The notes below the pieces were generated by a model. That model was not told the origin of the DNA and ran no database searches. It saw nothing but the letters and a program-made list of their open reading frames with translations. Of a DNA stretch of 45,875 nucleotides, positions 1 to 12,300 are shown in pieces. This stretch comes from Synechococcus sp. (GTDB taxonomy: Bacteria > Cyanobacteriota > Cyanobacteriia > Thermostichales > PCC-7336). The stretch is from contig JBFRWD010000020.1 in NCBI GenBank assembly GCA_051439425.1, positions 1 through 45,875 on the forward strand, in the 5' to 3' direction. Each line of letters starts with the position of its first letter. The first letter of the stretch is position 1. A program made the position numbers and the translations under genes.

Positions 1-167
1 GATATAGAGCGGATGCTGGCGCACCAACGGACGAAGAAGAGAGGGTTGATAACAACACTGGGAGTGGCGCTGGTGGCCAAGGCCGCGGCGGTCGGTCAGT
101 TATTGGGATGGCAGATTGGGGTGTAGAGCGTGGTCATTCGTCCTTGGTCATGAGCACGTATCCAGTT

Positions 168-1019
168 TTAGAACACTTGGCGGCGAAAGAAGGGGGGGAT
201 GACTTCGATCAGGCGATCGCTGTTGTCGATTTGGGCGTAGTGGCCTGCGTTGGCGATCGCGGTGAATTCGGTTTTCTTAAGAGCGTTGGCAGCATCTTTG
301 GCCTTGGAGCAGGAGAGCCAACTGTCGTTTTCGCCCCAAGCCACAAGCATGGGTTTGTCCAGTTTGGGGAGACCGGATTCTAGGTCGGGGAGGAGGGATG
401 CCAACTTATACTTGCGGACGGTAGAGAGGAGGGCGCGTCCGGCGGCTGAGCTTTTGAGGAAGGGGGCGCGGTAAATCTCAAGATCGGCGTCGGGGACGAC
501 GTTGCCGCCACCTCCTTCTAGGGTGCGATCGACACAGAGGGGGTCCTGGGTGAGCATTTCTCCGGCCAGGGGGAAGCCCAGCTGCTGCAATTTGAAGGAG
601 AGTTTGGCTCCTGGGTAGAAGGGGGTGTTGACGATCGCGATCCGGTCGATGCGATCGCTGTTGTGGATGGCGTATTGCAGTCCGATGACGCCTAGGTATC
701 CTTGGACGACTAGGCTGACGGTGTCGAGTTCTAGGGCATCGATGAAGGCGGCGAGGGAGTTTTCTAAACCAGCGGGGCTGTAGTCGAATTCGCGGGGGTC
801 GGGTTTGTCGGAGAGGCCGCCACCGGGCCAGTCGGGGGCGATCGCGCGGTGACCTTGGTCGGCTAGGGCGGGTAAGAGCTGTCGCCAGCTATAGCTTTGG
901 GCCAGGATGTCGTGCAGCAGGATGACGGGAGATCGCTCCTCGGCTCCGGATGGGGGGACTTGGCAGTAAAACCACTGGTAGTCGTTGATGACGATTCTGC
1001 GCTGCTCCAAATCCGCCAC
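168..1019 (-). CDS. Alpha/beta fold hydrolase (haloalkane dehalogenase-like family)
   Basis: ORF 168..1076, likely GTG start at 1019. Motifs VILLHD..QSYSWR, AIAPDWPGGGLSDKP and C-terminal AGHYAQ. The nucleophile elbow reads VVQGYLG instead of QDWGG. Confidence 0.85.
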   Translation of the reverse strand: MADLEQRRIVINDYQWFYCQVPPSGAEERSPVILLHDILAQSYSWRQLLPALADQGHRAIAPDWPGGGLSDKPDPREFDYSPAGLENSLAAFIDALELDTVSLVVQGYLGVIGLQYAIHNSDRIDRIAIVNTPFYPGAKLSFKLQQLGFPLAGEMLTQDPLCVDRTLEGGGGNVVPDADLEIYRAPFLKSSAAGRALLSTVRKYKLASLLPDLESGLPKLDKPMLVAWGENDSWLSCSKAKDAANALKKTEFTAIANAGHYAQIDNSDRLIEVIPPFFRRQVF

Positions 1020-1097
1020 TGAGATACCCCGTAAAGAATTGGGGCGAGCATAGCTTGTTTCGCGATCGGCCTTCAAGCCTTTGCAGTTCTCGTGATT

Positions 1098-3323
<2,226 letters not shown>

Positions 3324-3743
3324 TTATTTTCCTACAGGTCGATGGGAGAGCGCCTGAGCAGCTTAGAACGGTGAAATCGAGCGAGCGCGGGGTGAACCTA
3401 ACAGAGTTCGGCGAAACAACAGTGCTCCACCTTTGCCTGACCGAGCTACACCTAACCTGCTGCCGGTTGCTTCAGCCACACAGTATATAGGTAGGAGTAG
3501 CGCTGCAGTAGCGCTTGCTTACTTCTGGGAGAAATTGCAAATTTTTAACCCGGGCTACAGCTTTGCAATCGGTCGGATCGGGAGGTGATCGCCATCTCCC
3601 CGTACTACCCACCAAATAATCGGCAAACTGCGCATTCTTGTGGAAGAAACCGATTCGGAGCGGCAAACTCCATCCATCATGAGCGTAGAACGTGCAAAAC
3701 CTGCCAGCCCCAACCCCCTTCCCCGACAACACTCACAACGCGC

Positions 3744-4370
3744 ATGATTAAAAACGATCGCTGGATTACCGCTCAAGCCAACCAAGGCATGATTGCCCCC
3801 TTCGAGCCCCACCTCGTCCGACAAGTTCCAAGCTCTCAAGGTGACCCCTCTCACGTTGGGATCCTCAGAGATCGCATTCGCCAAGTACTGAGCTACGGCC
3901 TATCCTCCTACGGTTACGACATTCGCCTCTCCCCCGCCGACTTTCGCATCTTTCGCCACATCCCTGGTACCGTTGTCGACCCCAAACATTTCAACCCCGA
4001 CAACCTCGAATCCACTCCGCTACATGCAGATGAGGAAGGCGAGTACTTTATCCTCCCCGCCCATTCCTACGGATTGGGGGTAGCGATCGAACGACTGGAA
4101 GTCCCGGCTAACATCACTGTCATTTCAATTGGCAAAAGCACCTACGCCCGTTGTGGCATCATCGCCAACCTCACCCCCGCTGAAGCAAGCTGGCGCGGCC
4201 ATCTCACCCTCGAATTCTCCAATGCCTCCAGTGCCGACTGCCGAATCTATGCCAATGAGGGGGTGGTGCAACTGCTGTTCTTAGAAGGGGAACCCTGCGC
4301 CACCACCTACGCCGATCGCGCCGGAAAATACCAAGATCAACCCCAACAGGTGATTGTTGCCCGCGTGTAA
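3744..4370 (+). CDS. dcd: dCTP deaminase
   Basis: ATG at 3744 (MIKNDRWI). Motifs SYGLSSYGYDIRL, GKSTYARCG, YANEGVVQLLF and YADRAGKYQ. Confidence 0.95.
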   Translation: MIKNDRWITAQANQGMIAPFEPHLVRQVPSSQGDPSHVGILRDRIRQVLSYGLSSYGYDIRLSPADFRIFRHIPGTVVDPKHFNPDNLESTPLHADEEGEYFILPAHSYGLGVAIERLEVPANITVISIGKSTYARCGIIANLTPAEASWRGHLTLEFSNASSADCRIYANEGVVQLLFLEGEPCATTYADRAGKYQDQPQQVIVARV

Positions 4371-4641
4371 ATAGCGCTCCAGCTTCGTATCTCTAATGTC
4401 GTCTGTCGCTACATCGCAACTGAGAATAGGCCGATTATTTGCCTTGGTTGCCCGTATTCCCACGGGCATTAACGTCAAGACTGCTTGTGCTAAGAATTTA
4501 TGTCTGTACCCGATAGCCATAGTCACTCATTGAAGCAATGCCGTAGAGTAAGGATGGGAGATTGCCCGAACTTTAGCGCATCCCATTACGCGCCCGTCCG
4601 GTTCCCCACCCGCACGTTTCGGAGCATTGCAGCGGTAGGTT

Positions 4642-6948
4642 GTGACAGCGAGTAGACGCGAATTTTTAATCAAAAGTGCTGTAGGACTGACCGGGATTGC
4701 CCTCTCCCCAGCACTAGAATCGATGACTCGGCGGCTTCTGGGTCAGTCGACATCGTACGGCCAAGCGATTGCCGCCACCACCGGTCAAAAATACGCCTGC
4801 CTCATCGGCATCGATCGCTATAGCAATGGCTTTGATTCCCTGCAAGGTTGTACCACCGACGTTGCTCTCCAGCAAGAAGTTCTAGAGCACCGCTTCGGAT
4901 TTTCAGACATCGTCACCCTGACCGATCGCAATGCCACCCGAGAGGCGATTGAGCAAGCTTTAATCGATAACTTGCTCGACCGTGTCACGGCAAACGATAC
5001 CGTTGTGATTCACTTCAGTGGCTATGGTTACACCCTCCCCAACGGCACACCGCTGTTGCTAGCCGCTAACTCCAGCCTGCCAACTAATCTTTCAACAAAG
5101 ACTGGCCCGATCGACGCCCTCCCCCTTGAAACCCTCTATCAAGTCGTTCAAGCCCTACCCACCAACCGCGTTAGCATTGTTCTGGACTGCGGTTTTAGCG
5201 CCGGTGATGCAGTTGAAGAAGGAAATTGGCGCTTGCGATCGCCCGCCATTCCCGCCACCGAAGCCGAGGTCACTTACGAGCTATCCCCCGCTATTTTGGA
5301 GCGCCAAACCGCCCTCAGCGAAACGTATCGCTCTGCTCCACGACCGGGGAACTTTACTCCCAACCAAATCGCTCAAGCCAAAGGTAACTGGCTTCTAGCC
5401 GCCTCCCCCGGAGACTCCGCTGCCGAAGGATTGTGGGACGGATTCAGCGCCGGGCTTTTCACCTACTTACTAACCCAATCACTGTGGGATAGCACCAACA
5501 GGGACAACTGGAAACAAGTCATTCAACTCACCAGCGCTAAAGCCGATCGCGCAGTTGCCCGCGCCGACAAACCCACTTTGCAAGGCAAAGGCAATTCCAG
5601 CGGGCTGTATTCCCTGGCCTCCACTGTCCCCCACGGCATCTCGGGAGCCATCAGCCAAGTCCAAGCGTCACAAGCAGAAATTTGGCTGGGGGGAGTTTCT
5701 CCCAACGTGTTGCCCTTTATCAAACCCGGTACTCGTTTCCGCAGTTGCCTAGAACATCAAGATATCGAGCCTCAAGAATGGGTCTTGCGATCGCGCGATA
5801 AGCTGACTGCCCAGGTGGACTTAGCCACACCCAGCACCAGCGCAGCCTCGACGCCGCAGTCTACCCCAGCCAGCACGACCTCTGTGTCTGTCGCCAATTC
5901 CCAGCTGCTGTCCAGCCCTCAGCCTGTAGAAGTAGGTACGTTGGTGAAGGAAACGGAGCGAGTGGTGCCGATCGCCCGCCTGGCAATCGCCCTGGACACC
6001 AGTCTGGAACGGATCGAAAAAGTCGATGTCACCAGTGCTCTCTCTAGCGCTAGTTTGGCCGGAGAAATGCGTGCGATTGAAACGGCCCAACTGCACGAGC
6101 GCTCGGTTGATTGCCTGATCGGCTGCATGACCCCCGACCTGCAGGCCCAGTTTGCGAACGATGCCCCAGCCGCCACAGAACACTTACCCGAAATCGGCAG
6201 CTACGGCTTGATGTGGTCGGGTCGATCTCCCATGATCGATACCTTTGGCAGTGCTGGAGAAGCCCCGAAAAGCGCTGTCAAACGACTAGTTCCCCGACTG
6301 CAGCATCTGTTGGCTGCCAAACGACTGCGCATCACCATCAACCATCAGTCTTCGGATATTCCCGTGGTGTTGGAAGTCATCGGCAGTGACACCGTCTGGC
6401 AAGAGGGGACGGCTGCAGCGATCGCCCGTACTCCGTTAGTGCGCAAGCTCAGAAAGGGGCTGGTCGGTCTTCCCGAACTGGCAGTTGGAAGTTCGTTAAC
6501 TTATAGCATCGACAATCGCGGTGACGTTCCCCTGCATGTACTCCTGTTAGTCTTCGACCGCTTGGGCGGTCTCAGTGCTCTGGCGAACGGTTCTGGAGGC
6601 GAGACGGATGAAATGGCGGCTGGAGATATAGGGACATTTATTATTTCACCCCGCAGCAAAGTGGATCTGGCCCAACTGTTGGGATTCAATCTTGCCGTTC
6701 GAACGCCCAAAGGGTTGACGGAAGTCCTGGCGATTGCCAGCACCGATCAGCTCGCCAACTCCGGCACGTTACTCCAAGAAATTGCCAAAGAAATGGGTGT
6801 CAGGAGTGGACTGGTCACTCTTCCACGACCGCTCGATTTGACTCAGGAGATCGTCACCGAGCTGACACTGGATGGCCCAACCGAAGATACTCGCTTACTG
6901 CAACACGCCAACCACGCCATCCTCAGCTTGGCCTACAACGTGGTGTAG
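4642..6948 (+). CDS. Caspase-family (peptidase C14) pseudo-orthocaspase with Tat-like signal and C-terminal DUF4384-like domain
   Basis: N-terminal SRREFL followed by a hydrophobic stretch. C14 motifs ACLIGIDRY, LQGCTTDV, HFSGYG (catalytic His->Tyr) and LDCGFS (catalytic Cys position = Gly). Confidence 0.85.
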   Translation: MTASRREFLIKSAVGLTGIALSPALESMTRRLLGQSTSYGQAIAATTGQKYACLIGIDRYSNGFDSLQGCTTDVALQQEVLEHRFGFSDIVTLTDRNATREAIEQALIDNLLDRVTANDTVVIHFSGYGYTLPNGTPLLLAANSSLPTNLSTKTGPIDALPLETLYQVVQALPTNRVSIVLDCGFSAGDAVEEGNWRLRSPAIPATEAEVTYELSPAILERQTALSETYRSAPRPGNFTPNQIAQAKGNWLLAASPGDSAAEGLWDGFSAGLFTYLLTQSLWDSTNRDNWKQVIQLTSAKADRAVARADKPTLQGKGNSSGLYSLASTVPHGISGAISQVQASQAEIWLGGVSPNVLPFIKPGTRFRSCLEHQDIEPQEWVLRSRDKLTAQVDLATPSTSAASTPQSTPASTTSVSVANSQLLSSPQPVEVGTLVKETERVVPIARLAIALDTSLERIEKVDVTSALSSASLAGEMRAIETAQLHERSVDCLIGCMTPDLQAQFANDAPAATEHLPEIGSYGLMWSGRSPMIDTFGSAGEAPKSAVKRLVPRLQHLLAAKRLRITINHQSSDIPVVLEVIGSDTVWQEGTAAAIARTPLVRKLRKGLVGLPELAVGSSLTYSIDNRGDVPLHVLLLVFDRLGGLSALANGSGGETDEMAAGDIGTFIISPRSKVDLAQLLGFNLAVRTPKGLTEVLAIASTDQLANSGTLLQEIAKEMGVRSGLVTLPRPLDLTQEIVTELTLDGPTEDTRLLQHANHAILSLAYNVV

Positions 6949-7104
6949 TCATCTCCTTAATGGTTTTTCTCTCTCCTCTTCTCTAGGTTGCTTTTGCTCT
7001 AGTGGCCAGTGGAGAGTTTAAGAGTGGGTGTGCACAAGCAGCAGGCAGGCATTCTAGTGCGCGTGGGGATCGGACATGCCTCGATACAGTGTTTGCCATT
7101 TCAG

Positions 7105-7209
7105 CTATAGCGATCGGCAATCCGCTATGGAGGAGAGTTTTCTCAGTCCTTTTCCTCGCCAATAAAGGACTCTAGCTGTCTCAACACGCCAGACCTTAGA
7201 TAGGGGTTG
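7105..7209. repeat. Dispersed MITE-like repeat, copy 1 (right end degenerate)
   Basis: CTATAGCGATCGGCAATCCGCTA..GGAGAGTTT..TTTTCCTCGCCAATAAA..TCTCAACAC..AGACCT aligns by eye with 21074-21184 and 31796-31916. Confidence 0.8.
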
Positions 7210-7400
7210 AGGTTAAAGACTGGCCATCATTCATAATGAGACAATAAACTGAGTGTCATATGGCAAACATTTGCTACATGTCACCCTCTATGCCAGCAAT
7301 CAGCGAATCTCGTGTGCTTGGCACTCCGCCAACCTCGCACGACTTGGGCCGGTTGGGGACTTGTTGATTGAAGGCCAGATTGTTTGGGAGGTTCCGATTC

Positions 7401-8018
7401 GTGTACGCTGACGTGCCGACGCTGGATGAGCGGGAAGTGCGCCGACTCAAAGAGTTGTTGCCCGCCGGTAGCCGGGATGAAATTGATATCAGTGGAGCAC
7501 CCTTCAGTCAGACGGACGTCATCCGCTGTCGCCGACTGTTTCCTTGGCAGAAGCGGCTAAAAGTGACGATCAAACCTCGCGATTGGGAGCAGTTTAGCCC
7601 CAATCAGAGCTCGACCATTTTTTTGCATACGATCGGATTTCACAGTCCTTCCCTCACCCGCAGCCTCGACTTTTACGCAGCTTTAGCGGGGCTTGGAGGA
7701 GTTAGCCTCATGGTTGAAGGATTCCAGAAAGATCCTGTCGGTATCGCGGTCTCTGGCAGTTTGGGAGGCTTGGCCATCTGGCAGTTGATGAAGGATCGAA
7801 ATAGCGATCGCCGTCTGTTGGCTGCTGATGCCTATGCTGTCGATCGCCTCGTACTGCGCGGTGTTTCTCGCATCGAAGCCGTAGAAGCGTTGGGACAAGC
7901 CTTGCATATTGAGGCTCGATTAGAGGGGCGATCGGGGAATGACGTTGTGGACGTGCTGCGCTACCAGAACTTAAAGCGACTGGCACAGCGACCTGCCGAA
8001 GATATTGTGCTTGGCTAG
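7401..8018 (+). CDS. Cyanobacterial membrane-associated protein, DUF3318-like
   Basis: ORF 7368..8018, with GTG at 7401 after GGGAGG. Motif EVRRLKELLPA, two hydrophobic segments, then AD..A and IEARLEGR motifs recalled for DUF3318. Confidence 0.65.
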   Translation: MYADVPTLDEREVRRLKELLPAGSRDEIDISGAPFSQTDVIRCRRLFPWQKRLKVTIKPRDWEQFSPNQSSTIFLHTIGFHSPSLTRSLDFYAALAGLGGVSLMVEGFQKDPVGIAVSGSLGGLAIWQLMKDRNSDRRLLAADAYAVDRLVLRGVSRIEAVEALGQALHIEARLEGRSGNDVVDVLRYQNLKRLAQRPAEDIVLG

Positions 8019-8200
8019 CGTCTGTTTTGGGTGTACACCTGTCTTTCGCACTGAATCACCTTTAAACCTCAAGAGCGCGGGGGCAACCAGCGCGATATGG
8101 TGATGTAGCCGCAGTGGTTGCCAGATCGCTGGCGGCAGTTCGGTAGGGGTTATGCCGAGCTGGAGATGAATCAAAGACGTGTCAGCAAAAGGCTAGAGCA

Positions 8201-8896
8201 GTGGAAGAGCTACCGTTGGGAGACAAACTAAACAACGTCGCTCCCCTCGAAGTCCCCATTCACAAAGAGTTTGACGGTCAGTTTGTCAAACTGCGCCCTC
8301 TGGATATCGATCGCGATATCGATAATTTGTACGCAATCTCCCACGGCGATCCGGAAACAGAAAAGCTGTGGACGTACATGTCTGGTGGCCCATTTACCGA
8401 TCGCGATGCCATGCGTACGTGGTTGACAACCTTAGTCGACGATCGCAATCGCCTCCTGTTTTGTGTTGAATCCAAATCTCTACAGAAGGTCGTGGGGATG
8501 GTAGCTTACCAGGCGATTGCTCCCAGCATGCACCGACTAGAGCTAGCTCACACTTGGTATTGCCCCGAAGCCCAACGTACAAAGGTCAATACCGAAGTGG
8601 CCTATCTTCTACTCAAACATGCGTTTGACGACCATGCTTACCGACGGGTGGAATGGAAATGTGACGCCCTCAATTTGAAGTCTCGCAATGCGGCGTTACG
8701 GTTGGGATTTAGCTACGAAGGAACGTTCAAACACCATATGGTGATCAAGGAGCGCAATCGCGACACCGCTTGGTTTGCCATGCTAGATAGCGACTGGCCT
8801 CAGCTTAAAGAGCACATGGAAAAGTGGCTATACAGTGAAGAAGACTGCTCGTTATTTGCACTCAATCAGCCCCAACTTCGCCGTGCATTCTTCTAA
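8201..8896 (+). CDS. GNAT family N-acetyltransferase (RimL/YdaF-like)
   Basis: Motifs YRRVEWKCDALNLKSRNAALRLGFSYEGTF and RNRDTAWFAMLDSDWP. Confidence 0.9.
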   Translation: MEELPLGDKLNNVAPLEVPIHKEFDGQFVKLRPLDIDRDIDNLYAISHGDPETEKLWTYMSGGPFTDRDAMRTWLTTLVDDRNRLLFCVESKSLQKVVGMVAYQAIAPSMHRLELAHTWYCPEAQRTKVNTEVAYLLLKHAFDDHAYRRVEWKCDALNLKSRNAALRLGFSYEGTFKHHMVIKERNRDTAWFAMLDSDWPQLKEHMEKWLYSEEDCSLFALNQPQLRRAFF

Positions 8897-9379
8897 TGGT
8901 AGACAGTCGATTGAGTTAATCTAGGGCAGCTTGCGAGGAACTGCAATAAGCTGCCTGAAAAATAAATCACCTGTACGCCCGCCTAAATATATTAATTTAT
9001 GCAAAATTGGCCAAGTTTTGTTCTCCATATCTCGTACTCCATTTTATCGCTGGAGAAGGATTTTCTTCGGGGGCTTATTATATCTTTTTGGAGTTTTAGG
9101 TGTAAAGAATTAGCCCCGGTCTCTGTACTTTGCAATATGTAAGCCAAGAAGGTTCACTTTCTGTCAAGTTGCCGTATATTTGTTGTGTGACGATAAGGTA
9201 AATTTACGGGATTTCTTGCCCCTAAAGTGAACTGTTCCGAGCGGCATCTTTCACATCGAACTTTCATCAACCTCTTGAGTACAGCGAGAGGTTGACTTTC
9301 GAAAAAAATAATTTTCTCTAACAACTGCCAGTACAGACGTTGGCGGAATTATTTCCTCGTTCTAAATTGCTTTATTCCT

Positions 9380-12300
9380 ATGGACGCACGAGACAGCGGT
9401 CATCTGAGCGCTCGCTATACAGGTAGCCTTAAAGCCGGAAGGCGCAGCCGGCAATCTGAGCCTTTGACTGTGTCCAAATCTGGGGTGTCTAAGTCTGAAT
9501 TGCCCGCTTCGGCATCTTCCGAGTCAATGACGTCACCATCGGTGCTTCCTGCAGACCAGCTCATCGTTAAATTCCGCCCAGACGTCACTGTCAAGCAAAT
9601 CAATCGTCTGAAAGCTGCTCTGGGAGCATCAACAATCGATACTGCTTTCTCCAGTCGGATGCAGCTCTGGGAGCTCCGCACAACTAGTGTGAAGCAAGCA
9701 GTAGCCCAGTATGGCCAATTCCCAGCGATTGAATATATGGGGCCAAACCTACCCGTCTATTCCAGCGGCAGGGTGCCTTCTGACGAGCGATTTGGGGAAC
9801 AGTGGGCGCTTGAAAATACCGGCCAAACGGGAGGGACCCCTGATGCGGATATCGATGCTTCGGCAGCATGGGATATTCGCACCAGTACGCAAGAAATTCT
9901 CATCGGCGTGATTGATTCAGGGGTGGATTACAACCATCCGGATCTAAAAAACAACATTTGGGTTAACCCTGGAGAAATTGCCGACAACGGTATGGACGAC
10001 GATGGCAACGGTTTCGTCGATGATGTTCACGGATACGACTTTGTCAATGACGATGGCGATCCGTTTGATGACGACAGCGAAGGGCACGGGACCCATGTCA
10101 CGGGCACGATCGCGGCTAAGGGGAACAACTATGTTGGCGTCACCGGTGTGAACTGGAATGCCAAAGTTGCCAGTATTAAATTCCTGGATGAAAACGGTGC
10201 GGGTACTACATTTAACGCCGTTAAAGCAATTGAATATGCCAGCACAATTGGTGTCGATATCACCAACAATAGCTGGGAAGAAAGCGGGTTTAAGCCCGCG
10301 TTGCGGGATGCGATTGCAGCCGCTGGCGAACAGGGTCAACTCTTCATTGCCTCGGCGGGCAACATTGCAGCGGATAGCGATCGTCAGCCCACCTATCCCG
10401 GTAGTTACGGCCTGGATAACGTTATTACAGTTGCTGCCACCGACGATCGCGATCGATTGGCCGGATTTTCAAACTTTGGCGCTCAATCGATCGACCTAGC
10501 CGCGCCAGGCGTTAACATCCTCAGCACCCTGCCGGGAAATCGTTATGGTGTGCTGAGCGGCACGTCGATGGCGACCCCACATGTTACAGGGGTGGTAAGC
10601 CTGCTGTTAGCCGAGTTCCCCACCTTGAGTCCGGCCGAGATTAAGCAACTCTTGCTCGATAGTGTCGATCCCATTCCGGAGCTGGCGGACAAAACGGTTT
10701 CTGGAGGGCGGCTCAATGCCTATAAAGCTCTGTTGGGGGTGGATGCAGCTGAAATTCGCGGTACTAAATGGGACGATCTCGATCTTGATGGTGTCCGAGA
10801 TGCTAGCGAATCCGGCATTGCTAACGACACCATCTATATAGATGCCAACAACAACGGCAGATTTGACGATGGAGAACTGTCCACTATTACAGATGCTGAT
10901 GGCAACTATTCACTGTATGTCGCCCCAGGCACCTACACCATTGCTGACGTTGTTAGGCCGGGATGGGAAGCAACCCGACCCACTCAAAGCAGCTATTCAA
11001 TCACAGCGGATAACAAGGAGATTGTTCGAGGGATTGACTTTGGCAATGTCTTGGCCGATCCTGCTGAAATTAGCGGTATTGTTTGGCTCGATCGTAACCA
11101 AGATAGTATCCGTCAGGCGAGCGAATCTACGCTTGGTGATTGGACCGTCTACTTAGACTTGAATCAAAATGGGCAACTGGATGGGAACGAGCCGGTCACT
11201 CGCACCGATGCCAACGGTCGATATCGGTTTGCGGGTTTAGCTCCCGGCCAATATTTTGTCGCAGATATCCAGCCACCGGGATGGGAGCAGACAGCCCCCG
11301 TTACGGGCAGCTCGGGCTCCTTAGAGATTGACGAATCGGACGATGTTATCGGTAGCGCGACCGACAGTCAGCTAAGTTCGGCTCGTCCGGGTCGAGTCAC
11401 CATCGACAGCACTATTGGCAACAACCCAGACGTTAGCGCAGAAGCTGATGTCGATATGGTGGAAATTCAGTTGAATGCTGGCGATCGCGTCACCATTGAT
11501 GTCGATACAGATACTGATGGTTCTCTGGATTCAGCGTTGCGGCTGTTTAACTCTAGCGGTCAAGAGCTTGCCATTAGCGATGATGACATCGCTCCGGGCG
11601 AGCAATTCAGTCGAGATTCTTACATTGACTTCACCGCCCGCACCACCGATTCGTACTACGTTGCCGTCAGCAGCTACTCCAATATCTTTTACGACCCGCA
11701 GGTGGGTGGCGATGAAAACGAAGGGTTTAGCAGTGGTGACTACACGCTAGAAATTGTGCTGGGCCGCGAAGTATTGCCAGGAGAGTACCAGATCGATCTG
11801 GCCCCCGGCGAACAAGCGAACACTCTAGATTTTGGGAGCATCAAGCTGCCCCCCGGTGAACTCTCGGGGTTTCTGTGGAATGACCGTAACGGTAATGGCA
11901 AGCGGGATGCGAACGAGCCAGGACTGGTCGGACGAACGGTGTTTATCGATCGCAATCAAAACGGTGAACTGGATACAGATGAACAATCAGCCGTTACCAA
12001 CACCAACGGTCGGTACGTTCTTCAGGATGTCCCCGCCAGTACGCTAACGGTTGCGACAGTGGTTCCGGACGGTTGGAAGCAGACATCGCCGACAGCAATT
12101 GAATACTCGGCCACAGCGAGCAATCAACCCGGTGGACCGCAGTTCAATTGGGTGGACATTACCCAACGGGGCACAGCAGTCGAGTTGCTTGATGACGATT
12201 CGGTAGAGGTGTCCCTGCCATTCGAGTTTTCGTTCTTCGGCGAGATTAAAGACTCGGTGCGAATTTCCTCAAATGGCTATCTCGCCTTCGCTGACTCGGC

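Noticed and set aside
8931..9113. 60-aa ORF upstream of the subtilase
   Set aside because: TTG start, AT-rich promoter-like sequence and no motifs. Probably non-coding.
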